From the NCBI RefSeq assembly GCF_963921235.1, contig NC_086109.1, positions 31,126,001 through 31,190,000 on the forward strand: a stretch of 64,000 nt of DNA. The letters are read 5' to 3'. The DNA comes from Mobula hypostoma. Its lineage: Eukaryota. Numbering within the stretch: position 1 is the first letter of the stretch; each line of letters starts with the position of its first letter. Both the position numbers and the translations under genes were made by a program. The notes beneath the pieces were generated by a model. The model worked only from the letters and a program-made list of their open reading frames with translations, was not told the origin of the DNA and did no database searches. This document shows positions 12,042-26,011 of the stretch, piece by piece.

Positions 12042-14126
12042 CAGTGCCTAAATTCACCCCCCCTTGGAAGTTTTCATGGTATATTGTTTTAACATTGAAT
12101 TTGACATTAACAACATTGAATCACAGTGGATTTAATTTGATTTTTTTGACACTGATCAACAGGGAAAGCCTCTCTTGTGTCAAGGTGAAAACAGATCCCT
12201 ACAAATTGATCTAAATTAATTACAAATATAAAACAGAAAATAATTAATTACTTAAGTATTTACCCCTTTAATATGGCACACCGAATCATCACTGGTGAGG
12301 CCAATTGGTTTTGAAGTCACATATTTAGTTAAATAGTAAATGCTTATGGAGACCTGAGAGCAGTCAAAGTGCTTCAACTGATTATAGTAAAAATACACCT
12401 GTATCTGGAAGGTCCAACTGCTGGTGAGTCAGCATCCTGGCAAAAACTACATCATGAAGACAAAAGAACACTTCAAGCAATTCCACAAAAAGGTTATTGA
12501 AAAGCACAAGTCAACAGATGGATACAAGAACATTTCAAGTCTCAAGTGATGCTATGTCTTAGTTTGAAGAAAATTAGACGTCGAAACTTTGAACCTATGT
12601 TTGATTTTGAGAAAAGATGGGGTTCATTCATTTGCTCGTTACTATCATTTGAGTTAATTGATAAATTTCCTCCACGATCTAATTGTAAATGTTGGGTACA
12701 TTTTTTTTCTTGCTGGCGGTTTGATGTTTATCTATAGAAGCTTTTTGTATGACGCATGGCTCTGGGGTTGAACACCTAATGGGTTTTTTTTTAACCTCGC
12801 TTTTTCTTGCTTAGTAGGGGTTTTTTTTTTCTCTTTTTTTGTCACCAAAATTTTTTCAATCTTTAAAATAATGTTTTTTTTTCTTGAGACATTGTAAGTG
12901 TTGCTTACTTCGATGTACTCTTGTTAATTTTGGGTGATAATATTAATAAGAAGATTTGAAAAGAAAAGAAAGGATCATTTCAAGTCACTGAATATCCCTT
13001 GGAGTACAGCTAATTTAATCATCAAGAAATGGAATGAATATGGCACAGCTGTAGATCTGCCTAGAGTAGGCCATCCTCAAAAACTGAGTGACTGTGCAAG
13101 AAGGAAACTAATGAGGGAGGCCACCAAGAGATCAATGGCAACTCTGAAAGAGTTACAAGCTTCAGTGGTTAAGATAGGAGAGACTTTGCATACAACGTCT
13201 TTTGCCTAGGTCCTTCACCAGTCACAGCTTTATGGGAAAGTGGGAAAGAGGAAGTCACTGTCGAATAAAACCCTCACATGAAATCTCAGTTAGAGTTTGA
13301 CAGAAGGCATGTGGGATACTCTTGAAGTCAGCTGGAAGAGGGTTCTATGTCCGGATGAAGTCAAAATAGAGCATTTTGACCATCAAACTAAATGCTATGT
13401 TTGGCATAAGCCAAGCATTGCACATCATCAAAAACATATCACGTCTACCGTGAAGCATAGTAAGTGGCTGCATTATGCTGTGGGGATGCTTCACTGCCGC
13501 AGGTCCTGGAAGGCTTATGAAGGTAGAAGGTAAAATGAATGCAGTAAAATACAGGGAAATCCTAGAGGAAAAGTTGATGCATTCTGCAAGGTAATTGCAA
13601 CTTGGGAGCAGATTTGTTTTCAACAACTAAATATAAAGCCAAAGCCACACGGGAATGGCTTAAAAACAACAAAGTTAATGTCCTGGAGTGGTCATATCAG
13701 AGTCCAGAACTCATCCAAATGAGAATATGTGGCTGGACTTGAAAAGGGCTGTTCACTCACGATCCCCATGCAATCTGACAGAGCTTGAGCAGTCTTGTAA
13801 AGAAGGATGGAGAAAAATGGCAGTGTCCAATTGTGCCAAGCTGATAGAGACCTATCCACACAGACTCAAGGCTGTAATACTGCCAAAGGTGCATCTACTA
13901 AATACTGACTTGAAGGGGTGAATACTTATACAATCGGTTATTTGGTATTTATATTTGTAATAAATTTAGATCACTTTGTAGAGATCATTTTCACTTTGAC
14001 ACAAAAGAGTCATTTTCCGTTGGCCTGTGTCAAAAACCAAATTAAATCTACTGTGATTCAATGATGTAAAATAAAATATGAAAACTGCCGGGGGCTGGGG
14101 GGGGTGAATACTTTTTATAGGCACTG
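12042..14126 (+). mobile_element. Tc1/mariner DNA transposon, decayed transposase
   Basis: TA|CAGTGCCTA...TAGGCACTG|TA with long imperfect TIRs; transposase remnants from 12453 (MKTKEH, LPRVGHPQKLS, DEVKIEHF, TVKH, ENMWLDLKR, YPHRLKAVI). Confidence 0.92.
12542..12975 (+). mobile_element. 3' fragment of an L1-like LINE inserted in the Tc1 transposase
   Basis: 11-bp TSD CATTTCAAGTC at 12531-12541 and 12976-12986; ORF2 C-terminus-like LSLKKIR...FEKRWGSF; T-rich UTR and A/G-rich tail. Confidence 0.7.
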
Positions 14127-16859
14127 TAGTTCATTCCCAGACTTTTAAGTGCTTCCTTTGGTGTTCCCTTCATGAACGTATTTACCTCTGTACCTCTTCT
14201 TTAACAATGATGATGCTCCTTACTGACCTACTTTATGACCCAAGCAACTGATCATTATTCCTATTATTTTTCTTTGTACACTTGTCAATTTGTTTTTTAT
14301 TTCTAATGCTCTTGTAGAGTATCTTGCAGTATTTTGCAACAAAGTTGGTGCTTTAGAAATGAACCCCTTGCAATGCATAAAATTCTTGAGTACAATAAAG
14401 ATCTGAGGTAACCTTGTATTACTCCATCAATAATTTGATTTGGTGGTCATTGCAGGTTAATTTATGGTATTCAATTTCCTTCTATTTAAAACCCCCAATT
14501 TTCTGATTTACCATGATTAATTTGCTAGGAGGTGCATAGGGTATGTTATACTGTATATTAAGTACACCTTGCTACCAATCTAAATTTACAATTGATTGAT
14601 TGTGTGACATATTCAGAAAGCAACTATAAATCAGTAAATGAAATAATAAATATCATAAGCATGTAGTCAATGTGAGTAAAATTTGTCAGTCAGGAAGTGC
14701 CAGTGAATATTTCTAAGGCTGACTATGTACAACAGCAGAAGAAGTCTATAAATTATCCACAGAAGATAGCAGATGAAATGTGTAGTTGCAATCTGTAATC
14801 ACACAAAAACACATCTTTTGCCAATCTTTTTTCCAGCTCTCACTTACATCATTTTCAGTGCAAATACTCAAATCTTCCACTGAATCAATTATTTTGACAC
14901 AACATCATTAACAGATTGAGAAATAAGGAAAATTGTTTGTACGCAGAATACTGGAAGGCGGAGAAAGAGAGAAAGAAAGAAAGGGGAGAGAAAAGTGTTA
15001 TTTGCTTAGCCGCATGATCAATTTGTATTCGCAACCAGGCAATCATTTTGGTTTTCATGCTCCTCTGTTGGTTACAGATTCAAAGTTCAAAGTACATTTA
15101 TTATCAAAGGATATACATTACCGCTTTGAGCAGCCACAAAGCAAACAAACCCAAAAGAATCCATAAATAAGACCATCAAGTGTGACCACCCAGTGTGCAG
15201 AGTGACAAAAAAAACCAAAAAACCTTCAAAAAACACCTTGTAAAACTAATACTGACCAACTCTACAGAGTCTTATGCCCATCTTTCCCTACTGATCCTCA
15301 CTCCGACTTCAGCATTCAAACCCCTCCCACCATTTTGCTCACTTATCTACCAAACTGTCCTCTCCCATTCCCTGATCAGAACTCACTCACTTGTCTAACT
15401 TTATTCACTAAGGAACACTGTTGTGCTATTTAGTCTTCGGTCATCAGTACACAGCACCTTAAGACTAATAGACTACTCAATTTTTCAACGGCAAACTCTT
15501 GATCAAAATCTTCATTCCTTGCCCACTCTTCCCCTAACCTTCTTATGTTTGCAGTATTCACTTTCCAGAGACTGCTATATACATTGCAATGTGTGTATAA
15601 AGGAAAGTAGCTCATGTCTGTGTGTATCATTATCATCGAAATTATAAATACAAGCCTGAATTCTACTCAAGATAGCTCACACCTTAAACAGGACTCCAGT
15701 GTTGACCTTGGAATTGCACCACATCCTGCAGCTGCACAACTCCCAGCTGCTAAGTAGCATCAGTGCAGCAGCTGACCCATGAGGAAGGCACATTCCATGG
15801 GTGCTAACCAGACTACAGGCTATGGAAGGCAAGGCCCCGCCTGTGGACCACCATGTCAGACTCCTGATAAAGTGTGCCTCAAAGGCCTTTTCAACCTTTA
15901 CCAAATATCTCCTAGGATTATAAATATTTAAAAATAGTTAATGTCAGTAATGGGGCTATCAATTTTATTCAGATGATAGCATTGGTATGCAATGCTTAAT
16001 TTTATTTGCAATGAGTACATGCCATGTTAACCAAGGGCAGCAGTGAATCCAAGTTATAATTCCTTATGTTTCCATATTCAAGGTGCACTGGAGGAGGATC
16101 ATTTCGCTCACTTTTTTGGGTGCAACATATTAGGGTGAGCTGCCATTTCAAAGGTTCAAAAGTTCATCTATTATCAAAGTATGCAACTTCCGATAGCCAC
16201 AAAACCAAGAAGGAAAAGAATGGCATCACAATCATCAATCTGCAAAATCCCTCCTCTCCACACACACAAAAGAAAATTTGAGCACCTCGAGCCCCAAAAT
16301 CCCCTCCCCTGCACACAAAAAAAAAGAGAAAAATCAGGCTTCCTTTGGGAGCTCTTGCACCCAATATCCAATCGAAGTATGTTAGTATGTCTGCCACTAA
16401 GAGCTGACCAAAAACAGTTGCTTGAAAAGCTGTGTAAGGGGATTAGCATCCTAGCCCCTGTAATATGAATCTGAGCAAAGGTTATCTACAAATTGTCAAC
16501 GCTAATGCACCTGTACTCCATCAAGCTATTCCAATCTTGAATGACCAAGAGATTTTCTGAGGTACTTTAACAAAGAAAATCAAGTGTCTTAATGGTCACA
16601 AAAGATTCAGACAAAGCTGGGGTTCTCTGCCAAGGTCTTCATAACAATTATATGCTATTGATTTCCACTTCACTGGCCCTCAGCCCCTAACACTCTCCAA
16701 ACACTATTTTTAACCGCTGTAGTAGACAACTCAGCCATGGAGTCTGTCAGAATTGATCAGGCCCTTTCTTACAAGTGTATCTGAACAGCTATCACCATGT
16801 TTCGTGAACAAAAATGAAACCTGAGCCCCAATTCCAAGTAAATCTTAGATTGCCGAGAA

Positions 16860-17540
16860 AATGGCGGAGGAGAAGATGGCAGCATGATGGCAGCGCGCGT
16901 GGCCTCTCTGGTGAATGATATCTGTAATCTGTCAAGTAGGGGACCGTGCACAATTCTGATTTGTTGGAGACAGATGTGAGAGTACGGAGGAACATCTGGA
17001 AAACTTCTGAAATGCCTGCTTCGCTGCCGCTGCTACTGTGTGGTAACCAGAATCTCTGGAGCTGAAGGCCCCGAATCCTTGGTTTTGCTTGTTTCAGCGG
17101 CCAGGGCGAGGTCAAAGGCGCTCGGCAGAGGATGGCGCTTGGGAGGCTGTATCGGAGGGGCTGGTCGGAGGCTCAAAGTTTTCGGACGGACGGCCTCAGT
17201 GTTGGCTGCTTCCAAGGCATCGGCAAGTTGATGGTGCCTGGAGGTTTATGGCAGGGAGTTTCTCCCTTTTGCTGCCTGCTATCAGGGACTCGGGAGTCGA
17301 TCGACTCGGGGACTTAGAGACTTTTTTTTTACCATACCCATGGTTTGTTCTTCATCAAATTATGGTATTGCTTTGCACTGCTGTAACTATATGTTATAAT
17401 TATGTGGTTCTGTCAGTTTTAGTCTTTGGTTTGTCCTATTTTCTGTGATATCACTCCAGAGAAACATTGTATCATTTCTTAATGCATGTATGCATTTCTA
17501 GATGACAATAAAAAAGGACTGAGTGTTCTCATAGTCTAAA
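16860..17540 (+). mobile_element. Non-autonomous retroelement with GC-rich head and Rex1-like 3' end
   Basis: GC/CpG-rich block in AT-rich flanks; starts ATGGCGGAGGAGAAGATGGC; ends ATGACAATAAA plus short tail, as the Rex1 copies elsewhere in the window do. Confidence 0.55.
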
Positions 17541-17839
17541 CTAGTTGCAAAGGTATCACTTTGGTAACTTACAGAAAATCTAAAATCCATGGTAATAATA
17601 ATCAATCTAAAAAAAAATTACAAAATCTTTGAGTACTCAGGATCAATGATAAAAAAAAATTGGGGTTAACATGTTAGGTTGATGAATGTATGTGTTAGGA
17701 TCAAGACAAAGTTACTCAGTGCCTTGAGCTTCAAATTCTTACCAATTCTCAGTATCCTTTTACTCCCTTTGTCACCAAGAATCTAGCCACTTTGCATTAA
17801 TATTTAGCTTTTGCTAATCAGAAACATCCTGTGTTTTCT

Positions 17840-19375
17840 ATAAGAGATTTGGATGAGGAAGTGGTAGGTTGCAGATGATGCTTAGGTTGGTGGTGTTGTG
17901 GATATCGTGGGAGGTTGTCATAGGTTACAAAGTGATACAAGTAGGATGTAGCGGTGGGTCGAGAAACAGCAGATGTACTTCAATTCAAAAAAGTGTGAAG
18001 TGATACATTTTGAAAGATTGAATTTGAGTACAAGACTACTGTCAGGATTTTTAACAGTATGGAGGAACAGAAGGATCTTAGGGTCCAAGTCCATAGATCC
18101 CTCAGATTTGCCATGCAAGTTGATTGGTGGTTAAGAGGTCATATGGTGCACCGGACTTCATTAGTCAGGGGATTAAGTTTCCAGGCAGCGCTATAATAAC
18201 TCTTGGTCTATAGAGCAGTTGTCCTTTCTAAATTACTGTCTGGAGCTGGATGATGGACCACCTATGGTAGACATCTTAAAACCCTGGAACAGTACCACCA
18301 AAGAAAGATTATGAGGAACAACTGGAAGGGCAGATACATTAACAGCATCTCCACCATGAAAAAGCAACACCGACTCCAATGGATAGGTCATGTCTTTCAG
18401 ATGCCTAACTCCCATTTTCCCAAACAGATTCTTCACTCCCAGATGAAGTAAAGTCTGTGAGCCCCTGATGGGCAAAGGAAACACTTCAAGGATAATATCA
18501 AAATTAGCCTGAAGAAATTCAACATTGCAACTAAAAACTGAGAAGACATTGCACGCAGTAGATGGACCTGGAAGAAATCTGTTCAAGACTGAGCCATGTG
18601 ACATGAGAGTGACCTCCGCTCTTCCGCAGAGAAGAAGCAGTAGATGAGAAAGGAGAGAGTGAATAACCAAAAGACCCCAGCCACTAATCACAGCCACCAT
18701 TTGCTGGTGGCCACACTCCACTAGAATATGTGGATCCTGGATCATCCTCTACAACCACCTGAGGACCCACCAATAGACAGCACCTTAGGACAGGGATTAC
18801 CAACCTGGGGTCTATGGAACCCTTGCTTGGCATTGGTCCATAGCATAAAAAATATTGGGTATCTCTGCCAAAGGAGAACATCATACTTGACTCAAGTGAT
18901 CAAGCTACTAATAAAACTCTGGTTAGATCACACTTGTGTTCAGTTTTCATTGCCTCATTTTAGGAAAGATGTGGAAGCCTCAGAGAGGGTGCAGAGGAGA
19001 TTTAGAAGGTTAATTCCTGGATAGAAGTGTATAAGATTATGAGAGACATACACAGAGTGGACAGCCAACACCTTTTTCCCAGGGTAGTAATGGCCAATAC
19101 TAGAGAATATCTGTTTAAGGAGAGTGGAGGAATGTTTAGAGATAGATGTTTTATACACAGAGAATGATATGTTCCTGGAACACACTGCTGGGAATGTGGT
19201 AGAGGTTAATACTATAGGGACATTTAAGAGACTGTAAGACTTTGACACATGGATGTAAGAAAAAATGGAGGGTTATGGGTTGTAAAGGAGGGAAGGGTTA
19301 AATTGATTGTGGAGTAGGATATGCAGGTTGACACAGCATTGTGTGCTGTACTGATTTGTGTTCTATATCGTATGT
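17840..19375 (+). mobile_element. Degraded CR1 3' part interrupted by an RTE-like LINE fragment (about 18230-18870)
   Basis: CR1 motifs KCEVIHF and ERVQRRFRRLIPG on either side; internal TYGRHLKTLEQYHQ typical of the RTE ORF C-terminus. Confidence 0.65.
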
Positions 19376-22300
19376 TCCATGTTCCACTATATTTGAGGAG
19401 AAGATTTCCAATGATTCATGACCCTTTGAGAGAAGAAAAGCTTACCTAATCACTGCTTTAAAATGTTCTTTATTATATTGGACATTGGCCACTAGATCTT
19501 GGTTCTCTCACGTTCGCAAACACTTCACCTCAGTTTTCAAAGTTTCAGTTGCTACAAACCTAGCTTATGCAATCGTATAAGACCACATCCATTCCATGCA
19601 TCATTCAATGACCCTTTTTTGAATGCTTCCAAAAAACTAATGTCCTTCCTTAAGTAAAATGTAGTAGTATCTTCAGTCCCCTATATAACCAAAGAATAAC
19701 CTCCTTAATCTTTTGTTTTACTCCCTCATAATAAAAAATGACTTTCTGTTAAGTTTCCCAACTTTTTGTTATACTTTCATACCTGCTCTGCAATCATTCG
19801 CCATTCAGATAATATGCTTCAATTTTTTTTCTTCAGCCGAAATGGACAATTTTCACATTATACTCCATTTGCTAGGTATTTGCCATTACTTAACTTTTCT
19901 ATGTATGTTCAGTAGCCTTCATAAGTCCTCTTCATAGTTTAGTTTCCTGCATACCATCTTATTTTAGCAAGTGTTATAACTGTGACATCAATGCCTTCAT
20001 AAAATTCAGTTATATAAATTATTTATTTAATTTATTTCTGGTTCTTCCTGGTCAGCCAATCAATGCCAATAATTTACTGCAACACCATGAGCTTTTATTT
20101 TCCTCAATAATCTTTGATTTGACCTTTTGGAGTACAATACAACCCAATCAGCTCCTCGATGTTCACTGTCCTTGTTACTTCTTGAAAGAACTCAAAGGTT
20201 TTCATGAAATATGATTTCTCTTTCACAAAACCAACTTGAACTGCATAGTCACCTTGATGTTTCCAAAATTACCCTTCTGTAATGTTTTTAATGATAACTT
20301 CTAACATTTTACCGATGATAAATGTTAAACTAGCTGGTCTGTAGTTTCCTGTTTATTGCCCCCAATTTCAAATGAATGAGTTACATTTGTTATTTTCTAA
20401 TTTAATCAAATTTTCCTCAAATTGAGGGAAAATTATAATCAGTGCATCAATTTATCTCAAGTGTGATTTTCTTTGAGACCTTGGAATGATGTACATCAGG
20501 ACTTTACATCAGAATTAGAAAAAGATGAGGCACAGAAAAGAAGAATGGAGCTTTGAATGAAAACAATATTGGATATTTGAAGGCTGGTGTTATTAAAGAA
20601 CTAAATGTGTGATGGTTCATAATTAAAGAGAATATTTAGAGAAGAGAAAATTTCCCACAGTATGTAGAAATACAGAATTACAATTTGAAGTTACCTGAAG
20701 AAGGTAGAAATGATTTTGGAATTCTGAAATAGAAATATTAGAATTGCTAATTACCTCAAATTGCTAAATTCAGTTTTATGAAAGGAGAGCTACACTGTCT
20801 CAAGCCAGAAGATGAGCTTCTCCTTAAACTTGAGAAAAATACAGGAGGACAAATAGACTAAAGTTTACTTGGAGCTTGTTGAGAGTGGAGTCTTAAACAC
20901 AAAATACTCTGCAGATGTTGGGGTCAAAGCAACAATCTGGCCCGAAACATTGACTAATCATTTCCACGGATGCTGCCCGACCTGCTGAGTTCTTCCAGCA
21001 TGTTGTGAGTGTTGAGAGTGAAGTCTAATTTTTGTTGCAATAACTGGATGATGAAGAGATGACAGGGTGTGGCTATACTTATTTCTGTAATAAAAGTCAT
21101 TGGTCTTTAAATTACCAACTATTCACACCTTATCTAAAATTAGAAAGGAATTCGTAACCCTATGATTTTAAGGCCCTAAAATTAAGAAAATTATGCTACT
21201 GAACTGAATTTGGCCGTTCAAGTTAAGATGGGGCCAATGGATTACAAGATACTTTCGTACCAGGATTAGATCATAATGCCTGTAGTATCATCTTTACAGA
21301 CATTTTGTGTAATCTTGCCTTGCAGCAATAGTTATTTTTCAAGAATAAGGGATGAATTTAATGGAATTTCTGGTGAATCTGTAACACCAATGTATGTAAT
21401 TAAGGTTTACTTTTATTATACTTGTCAAATGCATAGTCAGTGAAATTGTGGAACATCCTTTGTGTGGTTGTTAATTGTTAGAGAAGCAAAATAAAATTTC
21501 TCTGAAAATAGGTAAATAAGAGATGTCTTAAATGTGATTGAAAACATGATCAATTTTACTCTGAATTATCTCCAATCTGCATCACATGAAGGGTTAGTAT
21601 CTGATTCAAGAATGAAGAAAGTCTTCTCGATTTCATTTTGTTTTCTGGCAATTCATTTGTTTTAGAACATCAGGAGTTCTTACTAATTCAGCTCTCTGTC
21701 CAGCTATGTTTAATCCAATAGTTATATAATCACTAGTATCAGAAATATAATACAACATTTAATTAATTTTGTTCTTCTATACTGTTTCTCTGTGAAATTG
21801 CTTTGCTATGTATGGATGCTATTTTCAGCTTTCTGTAGTGCTGCTTTTGTTACCTAGTCCCTCTATCTTTCTTTCCATTATATCATTTTTATTACCTTGG
21901 TGACCAGTTACTAATGTCACTGAGGCAGAGTTAGATCTCTCAACAAAGCATATGTCATAAAATACAGTTGCACAGATGTGTTTATTGTATAAAGTAGAGC
22001 AGAGTGGTACCAGATGATTAAAAACTCTGATATCTCAGCAACCTCTGCTTGGTTTGACCACTATTTTCAATATCGTTTATCAAAACTTAGTAAGACTGCA
22101 AAAAAAATCATAAGAATCTGTGGATTATCCATGAATAATAACATATAACTGTTGATTTCTGTTTGACTAAATCTTTCTAATTTTAGCAGGTGTGGCCAAA
22201 TTTGCCTGTTGGTAAAGTATAAGGTTATAAATTAACTATATTTAAGACTTAATGAAATTTGTCCATGCCTGCTTAAGAGCCATACAATGGAAATGCAGCA

Positions 22301-23894
22301 TGAACCCCAGCTGTGTGGTTCAATGTTGGCCTAAAATTACTTGGGTCCCATTTCAGTGAGTAAGCAGATGCCAGCATTTGACTGCCAAAACTGATTGTTT
22401 CTAGAGACAGCTCACCCATCTCAAGTAATTATCTTTTATAGTAATGAGTAAGCCCTAACATCAGTGCCGTGGGTATTGAAATTAACAGAGTCCATCGGGA
22501 ATAATGCAGAAAATAGGTGGTACATCTGCTCTGTTCAAGAGAGCATAATTAGGTCATTTCCTAAGGGGTCCTGAAACAAGGAGAGGCTCCTTGTTGACAC
22601 AAAAATTACCGTGCTGCCTCAAAACACTCCAACCAATAGACAACTTTTAGTATTTCAAAAGCACAAACCCAGTTAAACTACTTATCTCTCATCCCATTTT
22701 ATAGAGATGAACATTTTCTACCTCACTGTCTATTTTTCTGTAAGATATGATAACAGCATGAATCTTTCAAAGCTGTATCTAAAGGCATGATTCACAAATA
22801 TTTGGGAGAGAAGTTTGATTGATTTTTAACAAATTTACATGGAAGGAAGAGTATATTGCCATAAATCACAAAATCTAAGCAAAATTTATGAAGTCTCATT
22901 GATAATCATTAACAGCCTGTTACATTTATGAAATGCTGTTCTGATTTACAAAATCATATTTTGATTTATTAAATATTTATATAAACAAATCAAAATGTCA
23001 AACATCAAATTTTACATGAATCATTTATTTTCAAATGTAGATGTTCCACAACTGTGCAAGACACATGGAAAGTTAAATATTATTTATGAAGTGGAAATGT
23101 GTGGTTGTTTCTTCTTCCCTGCCATTCTCTTTCCTGTTGTTTGATCTACACTGGCACTTGTTTCCACACAACTTCCTCCAGTTTTGATGTCTGTGCCCAG
23201 CACCTCCCTTGAAATTTGCATTTCATTTAGTGTGTTTCTGTTTAGTAGTGACTACAGAATAGAATAGCAGGAGGTTTTCATTTTTAGTTCTCCCTTGCGT
23301 AAAATGTTCCACAAGTATTGAATCTTATGCTGAGGTGTGTTAAGATTAGTTTTAGATTGTATATGTATGTTACATAAATTCATTGAAGTTATGATGAGAA
23401 GAAAAATTTATTAACTAATACATGTCACAATTGTTGATGGCTCCTTTCCACTGCCTAGAATTCTATTGGGCTAAAAAAATCGACAGTGATTGTGAATTTT
23501 CTAAATTCTGTTTCACTGGAATAAGTTGCAGCAAATATGAAAGTATTCAATAGCTTGGTTGATGTTCTATATCTGAGATAACTCTTTTATTATTTTGTGC
23601 TGTGATTGTGGTTTGGAGCACCGCCATACTATTACCGCAAAATGAGGAGGAGTTCCATTATATAGTTTAAAGAATTCACAACTTTGAATACAATCATAGA
23701 GAGCTGTGCTATATATCTGTATGTATTATATATCATAGAGATAATAAACGTTTGTATGATTGATATATTATTTCTAGCGCATATTTTTCAAAGCATATAA
23801 AGCTGAACTTTTGATGTTGCAAAATGTTTGATTGTTTGAGTTTGTCAGTATTACATGTTGAAACTGACAGTGATGGGTGACACTTATACTTCAG

Positions 23895-24091
23895 TAATTC
23901 AACGTGGAAATCTAGAACCTGCTACTGGGGATACCACTGAATGCACGATTAAAAACCTCACTAAAATTGCTAAAAAGAAATACAAGAACAAACTGATTCC
24001 TGAGGAACAAATCACAGGAGATGTTACTGCTGATCCAACTCAGAGATTGGCCTATCAAAGCATTTATCCTAATAAACATCTAAATGTAAAG
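23895..24091 (+). CDS. Candidate internal coding exon of an unidentified host gene
   Basis: Open frame in non-repetitive AT-rich DNA (IQRGNLEPATGD...IYPNKHLNVK); CTGAC branch-like motif at 23864, acceptor cttatacttcag|, donor AAG|gtgata. Confidence 0.45.
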
Positions 24092-24701
24092 GTGATAATT
24101 TTAAATAAGTATTTGGTGTTAACAACACACAAGCATAATGACAAATTATGTCCTAGGTTGTTACATCTCTACCTGCTACATAGGATTTTTGAAAAAATTC
24201 ACTATAGATAAAATGTGATGGCACACTTTACATTTTGGTCTACATCAAAGAATTGCAGTTCTGTTCATCGCTTATATAGCCTGCTTACACAAGGAGACCA
24301 TTGAATTACACAGTGAAGTCAATCAGTGTGTGCACAAAACATTATTTGGTATCATTATAGCAGTTTTTGGAAATATATGTCTTTCAAATGACATAGGATT
24401 CTTCACCAGGAGTTTTAGTTAAAGGTTTCAGTTCTGCTTGGATTTCTGCCAGAAAGTAAAACATTAAAGACAAAACTTTACTGATAGATATTTCCAAAAT
24501 CTTTCAGATTCAGGTTTGTATATTTTTCACATGTTGATCAAAATGTACAGTGCAATGTGCTGCTTGCATTAACTACCAACACTATCTAAGGTTGTACTGG
24601 GACAGCGGCGCACAAGTGTCGCCAAACTTTCTAGTGCTATCATACCATGCCCACAGTGCTAGGCAGAACAACACAGAACACAAGTAACAAAGCAACAACA
24701 A

Positions 24702-24708
<7 letters not shown>

Positions 24709-24746
<38 letters not shown>

Positions 24747-24765
24747 ACCCACCCACACACACACA
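24709..24765. repeat. (CA)n microsatellite with CCCA interruptions
   Basis: Seen directly. Confidence 0.95.
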
Positions 24766-24929
24766 ACCCTCCAAACTGAGGACTGGCTATCTCCAGTGGA
24801 TTCACAGACTTGCAGACATTGGGCCTTCAAAGTAAATGCATTACTAAAGAACATATATATCACCAGATGCAACCCCGTAATTCTTTTTCTTGTGATTGTA
24901 CTCAATAAATCTTGAGAATAATAGAGCAC

Positions 24930-25530
24930 CACACACCTACACTCCATCCGCCAGAAAAAGTGTGATCTATCAGTGGCCACCCATTTTAATTCCACTTCCC
25001 ATTCTCATTCTGGCATACCAGTCCGTGGCCTCCTCTTCTGTCACAATGAGAGCACACCCAGGTTGAAAGAGCAACACCTTATATTCCGTCTGGTTAGCCT
25101 CCAACCTAATGGCATGAACATCAAACTTCTGGTAGTGTTACCCCACCCCCTCACCATTCCTGTTTCTCTCTCTCACCTAAACTCCTTGCCTGCCTATCAC
25201 CTCCCTCTGGTGCTTCTCCCCCTTTTCTTTCTTCCATGGCCCTTTGGCCTATTAGATTCCTCCTTCTCCAGCCCTGTATCTGTTTCACCAATCAAATTCC
25301 CAGCTCTTTACCTCATTCTCTCCTTCCAGTTTCACCGATCACCATGTGTTTCTTCCCCCCCAACCCCCACCTTCTTATTCTGACTCCTCATCCTTTTTTT
25401 CCCAATCCTGCTGAAGGGTCTCAGGCTGAAACTTCAACTGCCTACTCTTTTCCATAGATGCTGACTGGGCTGCTGAGTTATTTTGTGTGGTTGCTTGGAT
25501 TTGCAGCATCTGTAGATTTTCTCTTGTTTG
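24930..25530 (+). mobile_element. Penelope-like element 3' fragment: GIY-YIG C-terminus and pseudo-LTR
   Basis: VATHFNSTSHSHS...RLKEQHLIFRLVSLQPNGMNI, then a pyrimidine-rich UTR and a terminal block (CTGCTGAAGGGTC...GAAAC...GATGCTG...TGCTGAGTT...GCATCTG) that recurs as short relics across the window. Confidence 0.85.
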
Positions 25531-26011
25531 TGAGGGGTAGTAACAGTTCCTGAAGCTGGTGATATGAGTCCTGAGGCTCCAGTGTCTTCTTCCTGTTGGC
25601 AGCAATGAGAAGAGACCATGACTATCATGATCCAGGGCAAATGCCCTTGGTGCCCAACTCTGCTGGCCTCTTATCCCATTGACATTCAAAGATGAGGTGT
25701 TTATCTACAGGCTTCTTCCATATCATACTAGTTCAAGAAGATCATGGAGGCAAGGTCTTTTTATAAACACGAGAATGATCTGCAAATGCTGGAAATCCAG
25801 AGCAACACGCACAAAATGCTGGAGGAACTCAGAAGGTCAGACAGTATCTGTGGAAATGAATAAACTGTTTTGTGCTGAGACGCTTCTTCAGGACTGGTAA
25901 GGAAGGGTGAAGACACCAGAATAAAAGGGTGTAGAGAGGGGGTAGAGGGCAGCTCAAAGGTGATTGGTGAGGTCAGGTGGACTGGAAAGGTAAATGGCTG
26001 GAGAGGATATG

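Noticed and set aside
15075..15125. Recurrent CAAAGTTCAAAGTACATTTATTATCAAAG blocks (also near 16150, 52118, 58130, 63083) as an array or regulatory repeat
   Set aside because: They are dispersed, not regularly spaced, and look like reverse-strand 3' tails of Rex1-like retroelements; not CRISPR-like.
22260..22420. Possible ancient SINE core relics (also near 37130-37330 and 51730-51950)
   Set aside because: The resemblance is too weak to support without an alignment.
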